Origin: Bacteroidales bacterium | GTDB lineage: Bacteria > Bacteroidota > Bacteroidia > Bacteroidales > UBA4417 | Assembly (NCBI GenBank): GCA_016707705.1 | Contig: JADJHD010000017.1 | Span: 68,430 to 132,429, forward strand | Reading direction: 5' to 3' | DNA: 64,000 nt | Shown here: one piece after another, positions 18,388 through 26,036 of the stretch | Layout of the letters: every line of letters begins with the position of its first letter | How positions within the stretch are numbered: the stretch's first letter is position 1 | Notes under the pieces: generated by a model | Told to the model about the DNA's origin: nothing | Database searches by the model: none | The model's input: only the letters and a program-made list of their open reading frames with translations | Position numbers and translations under genes: made by a program

Positions 18388-19467
18388 CTAATTCCTGCCA
18401 ACGCAGTTGAGGTCCTCGAAGGCTACCTTAAGACGTGTAACCATTGATTTCTGAGCTTCATTGAGCCATTTGCGGGGATCGTAGTATTTTTTATTGGGTT
18501 TATCTTCACCTTCAGGATTGCCAATCTGGCCCTGCAGATAACCTTCATTCTTCTTGTAGAAGTCAAGGATACCCTTCCAGGTAGCCCACTGAGTATCGGT
18601 ATCGATATTCATCTTGATAACACCGTAGCTGATGGCTTCACGGATTTCCTCACGGCTTGAACCTGATCCGCCATGGAATACAAAGTTCACTGGTTTGGAA
18701 GCAGTTCCGAATTTCTGTTCGATATACTTCTGTGAATTGTTCAGAATAACCGGCTCAAGTTTCACATTACCTGGCTTGTAAACACCATGAACATTACCAA
18801 AGGAAGCAGCAATGGTGAATTTATCGCTGATCTTCATGAGTTCCTCATAAGCATAGGCAACATCCTCTGGCTGTGTATACAATTTTGAACTGTCAACACC
18901 GCTATTGTCAACGCCATCTTCTTCACCACCGGTAACGCCCAATTCAATTTCAAGGGTCATTCCGATTTTGCTCATGCGGGTAAGGTAGTTCTTGCAGATT
19001 TCAATATTCTCAACCAATGATTCTTCGGAAAGGTCAAGCATATGTGAACTGAACAGGGGCTTGCCGAATTCCTTGAAATTCTTTTCACCGGCATCCAGAA
19101 GTCCGTCAATCCAGGGGAGAAGCTTCTTTGCAGCATGGTCAGTATGAACGATAACAGGAACACCATACATTTCGGCCATCATATGAATATGTCGGGCTCC
19201 GGAAACAGCACCGGCAATGGCAGCTTTCTCGCCATCGTTGCTAAGGAACTTGCCTGCATAGAAATGGGCTCCGCCATTGGAGAACTGGATGATAACAGGT
19301 GAGCCAACTTCTTTGGCAGCCTGTAAAACTGAATTCACTGAATCGGTACCCACAACATTAACTGCGGGAAGGGCAAAATGATTAGCTTTAGCTAACTGGA
19401 AGATTTTTTGAACATCATCACCGGTGACAACACCAGGAGCAACGTTATCCAACACCTTGTCTGACAT
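18388..19467 (-). CDS. fba: Class II fructose-1,6-bisphosphate aldolase
   Basis: 359 aa. ALPAVNVVGTDSVNSVLQAA, VIVHTDHAAK, FGNVHGVYKPGNVKL and FVFHGGSGS are typical of class IIa FBA. Confidence 0.9.
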   Translation of the reverse strand: MSDKVLDNVAPGVVTGDDVQKIFQLAKANHFALPAVNVVGTDSVNSVLQAAKEVGSPVIIQFSNGGAHFYAGKFLSNDGEKAAIAGAVSGARHIHMMAEMYGVPVIVHTDHAAKKLLPWIDGLLDAGEKNFKEFGKPLFSSHMLDLSEESLVENIEICKNYLTRMSKIGMTLEIELGVTGGEEDGVDNSGVDSSKLYTQPEDVAYAYEELMKISDKFTIAASFGNVHGVYKPGNVKLEPVILNNSQKYIEQKFGTASKPVNFVFHGGSGSSREEIREAISYGVIKMNIDTDTQWATWKGILDFYKKNEGYLQGQIGNPEGEDKPNKKYYDPRKWLNEAQKSMVTRLKVAFEDLNCVGRN

Positions 19468-19506
19468 AGTATTATGTTTTAGAATTAGAATTTTTCAAAT
19501 GCGCCG

Positions 19507-19514
19507 CAAAGGTA
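19507..19514 (-). promoter_or_regulatory. Bacteroidota-type -7 promoter motif (TAnnTTTG) for fba
   Basis: + strand caaaggta = minus-strand TACCTTTG, 40 nt upstream of ATG 19467. Confidence 0.4.
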
Positions 19515-19634
19515 CGGATTTCATAGATAATTTGGACAGACAGATAACGTAGAATCAGTCAAAAAAGAGCAACGACAAGGAATTGCCCTATGAATGGTTT
19601 TGAACTTCGCTTGTGTTGTTTGCCTATTTTCCAT

Positions 19635-19642
19635 TACTTTTG
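19635..19642 (+). promoter_or_regulatory. Candidate -7 promoter motif upstream of the tRNA-Arg repeat locus
   Basis: tacttttg(cag) is the same 11-mer as the candidate MFS promoter at 62402. It lies 115 nt upstream of the first 132-bp unit. Confidence 0.3.
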
Positions 19643-19757
19643 CAGCACTAAATTCAACCCTGGTATACAATATTTCCCATTAGTTGAAATAAAACAATCA
19701 CAGATTCTCAAACATCATAAATCAACAACCCGCAATCATCAATCCGCAATTTATACT

Positions 19758-20021
19758 GGCCCCGTACCCGCCTGACTGACATCAGTCGGACAGGGTTCAG
19801 CTGAATAGAACGTCATCCGTCAGCTGACGGACGGTTCTGAAAGTAATGAAAACAGTTAACAGAAAAGAATAAAACCTTGAATATGACCTGGCCCCGTACC
19901 CGCCTGACTGACATCAGTCGGACAAGGTTCAGCTGAATAGAACGTCATCCGTCAGCTGACGGACGGTTCTGAAAGTATTGAAAACAGTTAACAGAAAAGA
20001 ATAACGCCTTAAATATGACCT
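19758..20021 (+). repeat. Two tandem 132-bp units, each carrying a disrupted replica of the 5' ~45 nt of tRNA-Arg
   Basis: Units start at 19758 and 19890 and differ at about 5 positions. Each reads ggccccgta-[29-nt insert]-gttcagctgaatagaacgtca-[tccgtcagctgacggac in place of gattcc]-ggttctgaaagt-[spacer]. There is no T-arm or 3' acceptor strand. The intact tRNA begins exactly one further period on, at 20022. Confidence 0.9.
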
Positions 20022-20095
20022 GGCCCCGTAGTTCAGCTGAATAGAACGTCAGATTCCGGTTCTGAAAGTCGGGGGTTTGAATCCCTCCGGGGTCA
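20022..20095 (+). tRNA. tRNA-Arg (anticodon CCG)
   Basis: A 74-nt cloverleaf folded by hand. Acceptor GGCCCCG/CGGGGTC (one G-U), D stem GTTC/GAAC, anticodon stem TCAGA/TCTGA with loop TTCCGGT (CCG at positions 34-36), variable loop AAGTC, T stem GGGGG/CCCTC with loop TTTGAAT, discriminator A. Confidence 0.85.
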
Positions 20096-20106
20096 CATTT
20101 ATCAAT

Positions 20107-20131
20107 AAAAGCTGCCTTAGGGCAGCTTTTT
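20107..20131 (+). terminator. Intrinsic terminator after tRNA-Arg
   Basis: Stem agctgcc (20110-20116) / ggcagct (20121-20127), loop ttag, followed by a T-run. A second hairpin gcgcgtc-tccc-gacgcgc follows at 20139-20156. Confidence 0.7.
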
Positions 20132-20472
20132 CGTTGTTGCGCGTCTCCCGACGCGCCCCATTTCATTTCTCATAACCCCACAATCTAACATTCCCCCCCC
20201 CCTTACAATCCCAAACCCAACTTAGCGTATTCTTCCCAAATTTCAAATCTATTGCACATCGCAATTCACAATATCTTGTCAGTAGTTTATAGTCATTTTA
20301 GGCTCTTTCAAATGTCAATAAACTGTTCTTAATTTTTTAAATATAGTCTGTTTGAAGAGTTTCTTTTCTCAACAACTTCTCTAAATTTATGCCATCATCT
20401 GGCCACTTCTTCTCTTCTGTTTTATTACTAACAAATTATCTTACCGGTAACTTAATCTTAATAGATTGAAAC

Positions 20473-20480
20473 TAGGTTTG
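20473..20480 (+). promoter_or_regulatory. Candidate -7 promoter motif (TAnnTTTG) for the TonB-dependent receptor
   Basis: taggtttg lies 65 nt upstream of ATG 20545. Confidence 0.3.
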
Positions 20481-20544
20481 CATTCGATTATAGCTTCAAA
20501 AATCTCTTTTTCATAACATATTATTAACCAAATCAGTCAGACGA

Positions 20545-23500
20545 ATGAAAATCAGAATTCTACACCTAATCATTCTTCTCTTAATAGGAGGAATGCTTCA
20601 AGCCCAGGTTACCACATCGGGGATCAATGGGAAAGTAACATCAAAAGCCAGTGAATCCTTACCTGGTGCTACCGTGATTGTTGAGCATATTCAATCCGGA
20701 ACTCAATATGGCTGTATTACCGATGTTAACGGATACTACCATATTTCCAACATGAGAGTCGGGGGACCCTATACCCTTAAGGTTTCATTTGTTGGGTATA
20801 AAACAACTTCCATTGAGAATATCATGCTGAACCTTGGGCAAACAATGGGAGTTAATGTAATCATGGAGGATGCCTCCTCACAATTGTCAGGGGTTGAGGT
20901 AATAGCCGTGAAAAATGCCCTGATGGATGGCAATCGCACCGGTGCATCAACCAATGTGAATAGCCAGATGCTGCAGGTTCTTCCTTCAATCAATCGCAGT
21001 ATCACCGACTTCTCCAAGCTTACTCCACAATCAAATGGAAGCAGTTTTGCCGGACGTGATGGCAGATACAATAATATCACCATCGACGGCGCAAACTTCA
21101 ACAACAACTTCGGTCTTAGCACGAAATCACTCCCCGGTGGAGATGCACAGCCAATCAGTCTGGATGCTATTGAAGAAGTTAGCATTAACATTGCACCCTT
21201 TGATGTGAGACAATCAAATTTCACAGGAGCTAATATCAATGCCGTAACACGTTCAGGTGACAATGTTTGGAAAGGTTCAGTCTATGGTTTCTATCGCGAT
21301 AAATCATTCAACGGCAAAAAAGTTGAAGATCAAACCCTCACTCTGACTGATCAGTCTACGTCGAGCTATGGGGTCAGACTTGGGGGACCCATTATCAAGA
21401 ACAAGCTCTTCATTTTCCTCAATGCAGAAAAGGAAAAATCTTCCTACCCGGGAATTACATGGCAGCCAAGCACTGATGGTGAGGGTAGCGCGGAAAACAG
21501 TATTTCCAGAACCTCCATTGCAGACCTTCAGACCATGAGTCAGTATCTGAAAGACACTTATAACTATGATGCTGGATCATTTCAGGACTTTGGGAATTTT
21601 GCAAGTGAAAACTACAAGCTGCTCGCCAGGCTTGACTGGAACATCAACAAGAATAATAAGTTTACTGTAAGGTACAACTATGTTAAATCTACCAATGATC
21701 AGCAAGTAAATGCAACAAGTGCTCCCGGAACCCGATCAACCTTTGGAAGGATTGGAGAAAAATCCATGGCATTTTCCAATGCAAACTATGGATTGTTAAA
21801 CACCGTAGGTTCGGTAAGTGCTGAATTGAATAGTCTGTTCAATAAAACCGCCAACAAGCTGTTGTTCACCTTCACCAAAATCCAAGATACCAGGAACAGC
21901 AACAGCTCCCTGTTCCCGTTCGTTGATATTTACAAGGATGGCGATCCTTACATGAGCTTTGGATATGAATTGTTTTCAAAGGATAATGATGTAATTAACA
22001 ATGTGTTGACCTTTACCGACAACCTTAACTTCTATTTTGGAAAACACACTGTTACTGTAGGGGCTTCCTTCGATAAGCTCTATTTTGCAAACAGCTACAA
22101 GCGCTATGCAACAAGCTACTATAGGTTTGCCTCAATGGAAGACTTCATGAATAATGCAGCTCCTACAACCTTTGGCATCACTTATCCTTTTAGCGGTGAT
22201 GGTTACGCCAAACTCGATTTTGGTTATGCTAGCGTCTACGCTCAGGATGAATTCCAGATGTCGGATAAGCTGAAACTGACTGCCGGTCTCCGCTATGAAC
22301 TTCCTGTTTACTTAAAGTCACCAACAGCTAATGCAGCAATAGAAGCCTTAACTTTCAAAGATCTTGATGGCAATGACCTTAGCATTGATGTGGGAAGCTG
22401 GCCAAAAGCCAAAGGAACGATTTCACCAAGGCTTGGATTCAATTATGATGCTAAGGGAGATAAATCCCTGCAGTTAAGAGGCGGTACAGGTGTTTTCACC
22501 GGAAGACTTCCTTTCGTTTGGTTTACCAATCAGCCTACCAATTCAGGCGTTCTGCAAAATACCGTGGAAATCACCAAATCCTACCAGTTAAGCGCCCTTC
22601 AATTTAACGCAGATCCTTTCTACTATACAACTGGTGAACATCAGATTGACTCCTTGTTCTCTTCAACTCCAAGCAGCAAAGCACCGGGTTCTATCGCAGT
22701 TGTAGATAAGAACTTCAAAATGCCTCAGGTATGGAGAACCAATGTAGCTGCCGACATCGTACTTCCCTGGTATGGCATGATTCTTACCCTTGAGGCCATC
22801 TACTCCAAGGATATCAATGCTGTTGTTCAGTACAATGCCAATTTGAAATCCACCGATACAACCTTTATTGGCAATGACAACCGTCCGAGATATTTATCCA
22901 ATAAGATCAATTCAGCTGTAAGTTCTGCAATGGTACTTACCAATGCAAAGAGCGACGGATATGTCTATTCACTTACTGCTCAGTTATCGAAACCATATTC
23001 TAACGGATTCTTTGGATTTATAGCTTACACCTACACTGTTGCTAAGGATTTAACTGCAAATCCTGGATCAGCAGCTCAATCAGCCTGGGCAAGCAATCCA
23101 GCAGTTATGAACCAGAATGATCCCGGACTTAGCTACTCACAGTTTGCTGTTCCGAGCAGAATCGTAGGTTCACTATCCTATCATAAGGAATACCTGAAAC
23201 ATCTTGGAACTACAGTTTCCGTTTTCTATCAGGGAAGCAGCATGGGCAGGCTAGACTATATCTACTCGAATGACATGAACGGTGATGGAAATGCAGCCGA
23301 CCTTATGTATATTCCTAAGGATGAAACAGATATTGTTTTTGCAGACATCAAAAATACTGATGGAACCGTTAAATTCTCAGCTGCAGATCAGATGACCGCC
23401 TTCTGGAAATACGTTGAGCAGGATGAGTATTTGAAGAATCACAAGGGAGAATATGCAGAAAGGTATGGTGTTGTAATGCCCTGGCTAAACCGTTTTGATA

Positions 23501-23796
23501 TCAAGATTCTTCAGGATGTATATGTAACAAAGGGTAAAACCCGTCACACTCTTCAGATCAGCGCCGATTTGCTAAATGTTGGAAACCTGATCAGCTCCAA
23601 TTGGGGAATAATGAAGAAACAGACTCTGGGTTCCTATGATATCACTCTCCTGAAATACAGCAAGGCCGGTTCCGATGGAAAGCCCATTTATACCATGAAC
23701 TATTCCGGTTCAGCCTTGCCAACATCAACCTATGTCCCTGTTCTCTCCACCAGCAGTACATGGGGAGCTCAGTTAGGCCTCAGGTATACATTCTAA
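20545..23796 (+). CDS. TonB-dependent receptor (CarboxypepD_reg N-terminal domain + plug + large beta-barrel; Oar-like)
   Basis: 1083 aa. Signal peptide MKIRILHLIILLLIGGMLQAQ. GINGKVTS...LPGATVIVEH...TDVNGYYHISNMRVGGPYTLKVSFVGYKT is a carboxypeptidase-regulatory-like fold. Plug-like region NRSITDFSKLTPQ. Ends LGLRYTF. Confidence 0.85.
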   Translation: MKIRILHLIILLLIGGMLQAQVTTSGINGKVTSKASESLPGATVIVEHIQSGTQYGCITDVNGYYHISNMRVGGPYTLKVSFVGYKTTSIENIMLNLGQTMGVNVIMEDASSQLSGVEVIAVKNALMDGNRTGASTNVNSQMLQVLPSINRSITDFSKLTPQSNGSSFAGRDGRYNNITIDGANFNNNFGLSTKSLPGGDAQPISLDAIEEVSINIAPFDVRQSNFTGANINAVTRSGDNVWKGSVYGFYRDKSFNGKKVEDQTLTLTDQSTSSYGVRLGGPIIKNKLFIFLNAEKEKSSYPGITWQPSTDGEGSAENSISRTSIADLQTMSQYLKDTYNYDAGSFQDFGNFASENYKLLARLDWNINKNNKFTVRYNYVKSTNDQQVNATSAPGTRSTFGRIGEKSMAFSNANYGLLNTVGSVSAELNSLFNKTANKLLFTFTKIQDTRNSNSSLFPFVDIYKDGDPYMSFGYELFSKDNDVINNVLTFTDNLNFYFGKHTVTVGASFDKLYFANSYKRYATSYYRFASMEDFMNNAAPTTFGITYPFSGDGYAKLDFGYASVYAQDEFQMSDKLKLTAGLRYELPVYLKSPTANAAIEALTFKDLDGNDLSIDVGSWPKAKGTISPRLGFNYDAKGDKSLQLRGGTGVFTGRLPFVWFTNQPTNSGVLQNTVEITKSYQLSALQFNADPFYYTTGEHQIDSLFSSTPSSKAPGSIAVVDKNFKMPQVWRTNVAADIVLPWYGMILTLEAIYSKDINAVVQYNANLKSTDTTFIGNDNRPRYLSNKINSAVSSAMVLTNAKSDGYVYSLTAQLSKPYSNGFFGFIAYTYTVAKDLTANPGSAAQSAWASNPAVMNQNDPGLSYSQFAVPSRIVGSLSYHKEYLKHLGTTVSVFYQGSSMGRLDYIYSNDMNGDGNAADLMYIPKDETDIVFADIKNTDGTVKFSAADQMTAFWKYVEQDEYLKNHKGEYAERYGVVMPWLNRFDIKILQDVYVTKGKTRHTLQISADLLNVGNLISSNWGIMKKQTLGSYDITLLKYSKAGSDGKPIYTMNYSGSALPTSTYVPVLSTSSTWGAQLGLRYTF

Positions 23797-23832
23797 ACAA
23801 TAAAAGCGTATTTCATAAACAGTATCTGTTGA

Positions 23833-23866
23833 AAGACTGCCCTAACAGGCAGTCTTTCTTGTTTTG
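23833..23866 (+). terminator. Intrinsic terminator after the TonB-dependent receptor
   Basis: Perfect 9-bp stem aagactgcc (23833-23841) / ggcagtctt (23848-23856), followed by the T-rich tcttgttttg. Confidence 0.7.
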
Positions 23867-23880
23867 TTGCGCGTTTAGGT

Positions 23881-24135
23881 TGCGCGTCTCCCGACGCGTA
23901 ACAAAATATCCCTTGCACAATTCTGCTACATTGCGCGTCTCCCGACGCGTAATAACACATCCCTTGCACAATTCTTCCACATTGCGCGTCTCCCGACGCG
24001 TAATAACATATCCCTTGCACAATTCTGCTACATTGCGCGTCTCCCGACGCGTAATAACAAATCCCCAGCACAATTCTGCTACATTGCGCGTCTCCCGACG
24101 CGTAATAACATATCCCTTGCACAATTCTGCCACCA
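23881..24135 (+). repeat. Tandem repeat, 5 x 51 bp, each unit starting with the hairpin gcgcgtc-tccc-gacgcg
   Basis: tgcgcgtctcccgacgcgtaataacatatcccttgcacaattctgctacat starts at 23881, 23932, 23983, 24034 and 24085. A degenerate partial unit sits at 23868. The same hairpin occurs once at 20139-20156. Confidence 0.95.
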
Positions 24136-24355
24136 ACCAAACAACCAATTCATCCCAAAAACTCCCCTCTCTATCTGTAAAAACCAACCATAAACAGAAT
24201 TTGCTTTTATCATTATTCCTCCCATTATAACTTTGAGAGTTTGACAATCAATTTAAATCAGAATTAATCTTTCAACTCCTGCTGATGTCAAATCCTTTTT
24301 AGTTGACAATCAACATGAATAGAGGATAGATTTCGAAATGTATTTTCAGATGTTG

Positions 24356-24363
24356 TACCTTTG
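24356..24363 (+). promoter_or_regulatory. Candidate -7 promoter motif (TAnnTTTG) for giant gene 1
   Basis: tacctttg lies 48 nt upstream of ATG 24411. Confidence 0.4.
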
Positions 24364-24410
24364 TTAGTTCGGCCTTCAGCGTTCTGAAACTGAAAACCTA
24401 CATACCCTCA

Positions 24411-26036
24411 ATGCAACGGTTTCTACTCGATAAACTCCACTCTGCAAAATCTGGTAACCAGCTCCTGTTTACCAGCTTGATTCTGCTTGTGTTTCTTGTA
24501 ACAACTCCTTTTATATCAGTAAGATCTGAGGGCACAAAACAATTTGAACCTACCAACCCGGCTTCTACTCCCAATCGAAGAACAAGGATAGTTTTTGAAG
24601 AAGATGCAGGAACACACCGCATTCCCTTTGCGTTTGTTGGATGTGACCAGAAATACAGGCTGAATGTGTATATCAGCAATCCTGCCACTGAAAAGATATA
24701 TTTTGGTTTCAACGATGATAATCAGAGCATTTATTACCAGCTAAAAGATCCCGATGGGAATGTTGTTGCAGGATATTCACTCGCTGCAGTGCCCTCAACC
24801 GGAAACGGATATATTGCATCGTGGACTGAAGCTTACAACGGACCAAAAATCGGAACATCCAATCCCTCCGGTTATGATCCCCTTATTGTGACACCCAATA
24901 AAATTGGTAATTACTATTTTGAATTTGCATCCACAGCGGGTGGAGGACACTTCTACAACAGTAAGGACCTGCTTTATTTTGATATTACCGTGGCGAATGG
25001 AACCACTCCAATAGACGGTCGTCTCTGGGCAAAAGCCTGGCAGCTTACAGATGGGACCGGTACCGACAATACCCTGTCATATCCCTGCAATATATATGTT
25101 TATACTGATGATGGCATCGTTGATAAGCTGAACATAAATGAGTGGAATGGGGGAACCTATAGTGTGTATTGCAATCCCTGGGGGGTGAGTAATACAAATA
25201 ACTGGGGAGTCGATAGGAAATCTCTCGACAGCTGGCCAAGTGGGGGTGACCTTCCGCAATACAAGATTTTCCTGAACAATCCTGATCCGTCTATATTTGC
25301 GACAGGAGAACTTGGAGAGATTTGCGAAGTAACAAATCAAGCCTACTGTGATGGAACCATTGATATTCTGGTAAAGGTTAATAAACCCGGAACAGTCACT
25401 ATTGAAATTGATTGTCCACCAACAGGTGCCGGACCTGAGGATGTGACCCTTTTCAGCGCTGTAACCGGATCAACAAACTGTTCAACCTGGGACACCATTA
25501 CCTGGAATGGTTATAACGGACAGGGTGTAATCGTCGAAATCGGTGCCAATGTAAATATGACCATTGACTATATAAATGGTCTGACCAACTTACCCCTCTG
25601 GGATATCGAAAATGCCTCGAAGGGGATAAAGGTTGATATTGTTAGACCGGTTCCGACAAGTGGAAGTACAATTCTCCCTATATACTGGGATGATTCAAAT
25701 CTCGGTGGTGGCTCAAACATTACCACCGGGTGCATATACCCAACCAGTGCCACTGTTACCGGATGCCACAGTTTTCCACCCAATGCACCCCAGCATGACC
25801 AGATGGTAAACTCCTGGTGGAATTACCTTGACCCAGGCAACAATCAATCAGAACCTGATGATCAAGCGCACTCCGCCAACACCGGCAATACCATCAGGAC
25901 CAACGCCTGTTTGTCCGGGACAAACAAATGTGACCTATACCGTTCCTTCGCAAATATCCACCACAACCTACCATTGGACTCTTCCGGATGGAACAACCCA
26001 AACTACCAATACTCCAAGCATTACCATTTCTTTTAG
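24411..26036 (+). CDS. Giant gene 1, fragment 1 (signal peptide + N-terminal module; meaningful only up to about 25830)
   Basis: MQRFLLDK...LLFTSLILLVFLVTTPFISVRSEGTKQFEP. Colinear with the gene 2 N-terminus up to NSWWNYL. After about 25830 the homologous frame is +1. Confidence 0.6.
   Translation: MQRFLLDKLHSAKSGNQLLFTSLILLVFLVTTPFISVRSEGTKQFEPTNPASTPNRRTRIVFEEDAGTHRIPFAFVGCDQKYRLNVYISNPATEKIYFGFNDDNQSIYYQLKDPDGNVVAGYSLAAVPSTGNGYIASWTEAYNGPKIGTSNPSGYDPLIVTPNKIGNYYFEFASTAGGGHFYNSKDLLYFDITVANGTTPIDGRLWAKAWQLTDGTGTDNTLSYPCNIYVYTDDGIVDKLNINEWNGGTYSVYCNPWGVSNTNNWGVDRKSLDSWPSGGDLPQYKIFLNNPDPSIFATGELGEICEVTNQAYCDGTIDILVKVNKPGTVTIEIDCPPTGAGPEDVTLFSAVTGSTNCSTWDTITWNGYNGQGVIVEIGANVNMTIDYINGLTNLPLWDIENASKGIKVDIVRPVPTSGSTILPIYWDDSNLGGGSNITTGCIYPTSATVTGCHSFPPNAPQHDQMVNSWWNYLDPGNNQSEPDDQAHSANTGNTIRTNACLSGTNKCDLYRSFANIHHNLPLDSSGWNNPNYQYSKHYHFF

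Noticed and set aside
19758-20160. Integrated mobile element or att site at tRNA-Arg, or an intron-containing tRNA
   Set aside because: No integrase or other mobile-element genes flank the tRNA. The duplicated parts are the tRNA 5' portion rather than the 3' end. The upstream units lack a T-arm and 3' acceptor strand, so they cannot be spliced into a functional tRNA.
19945-20166. ORF 19945..20166(-), 73 aa
   Set aside because: It lies antisense across the tRNA-Arg gene, the 132-bp repeat and the terminator hairpins, so it is very unlikely to be coding.
23881-24135. Possible CRISPR array (regularly spaced hairpin-containing repeats)
   Set aside because: The 51-bp unit repeats as a whole, so the would-be spacers (taataaca.atccc..gcacaattct.c.aca) are nearly identical between units. 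No cas genes are nearby. It is a plain tandem repeat.
23760-24247. ORFs 23760..24230(+), 23793..24140(-) and 23813..24247(-) with the periodic peptide RVSRRVIT.PLHNSATL
   Set aside because: They are translations of the 51-bp tandem repeat, which is open in several frames on both strands. They directly follow a terminator and have no start context.
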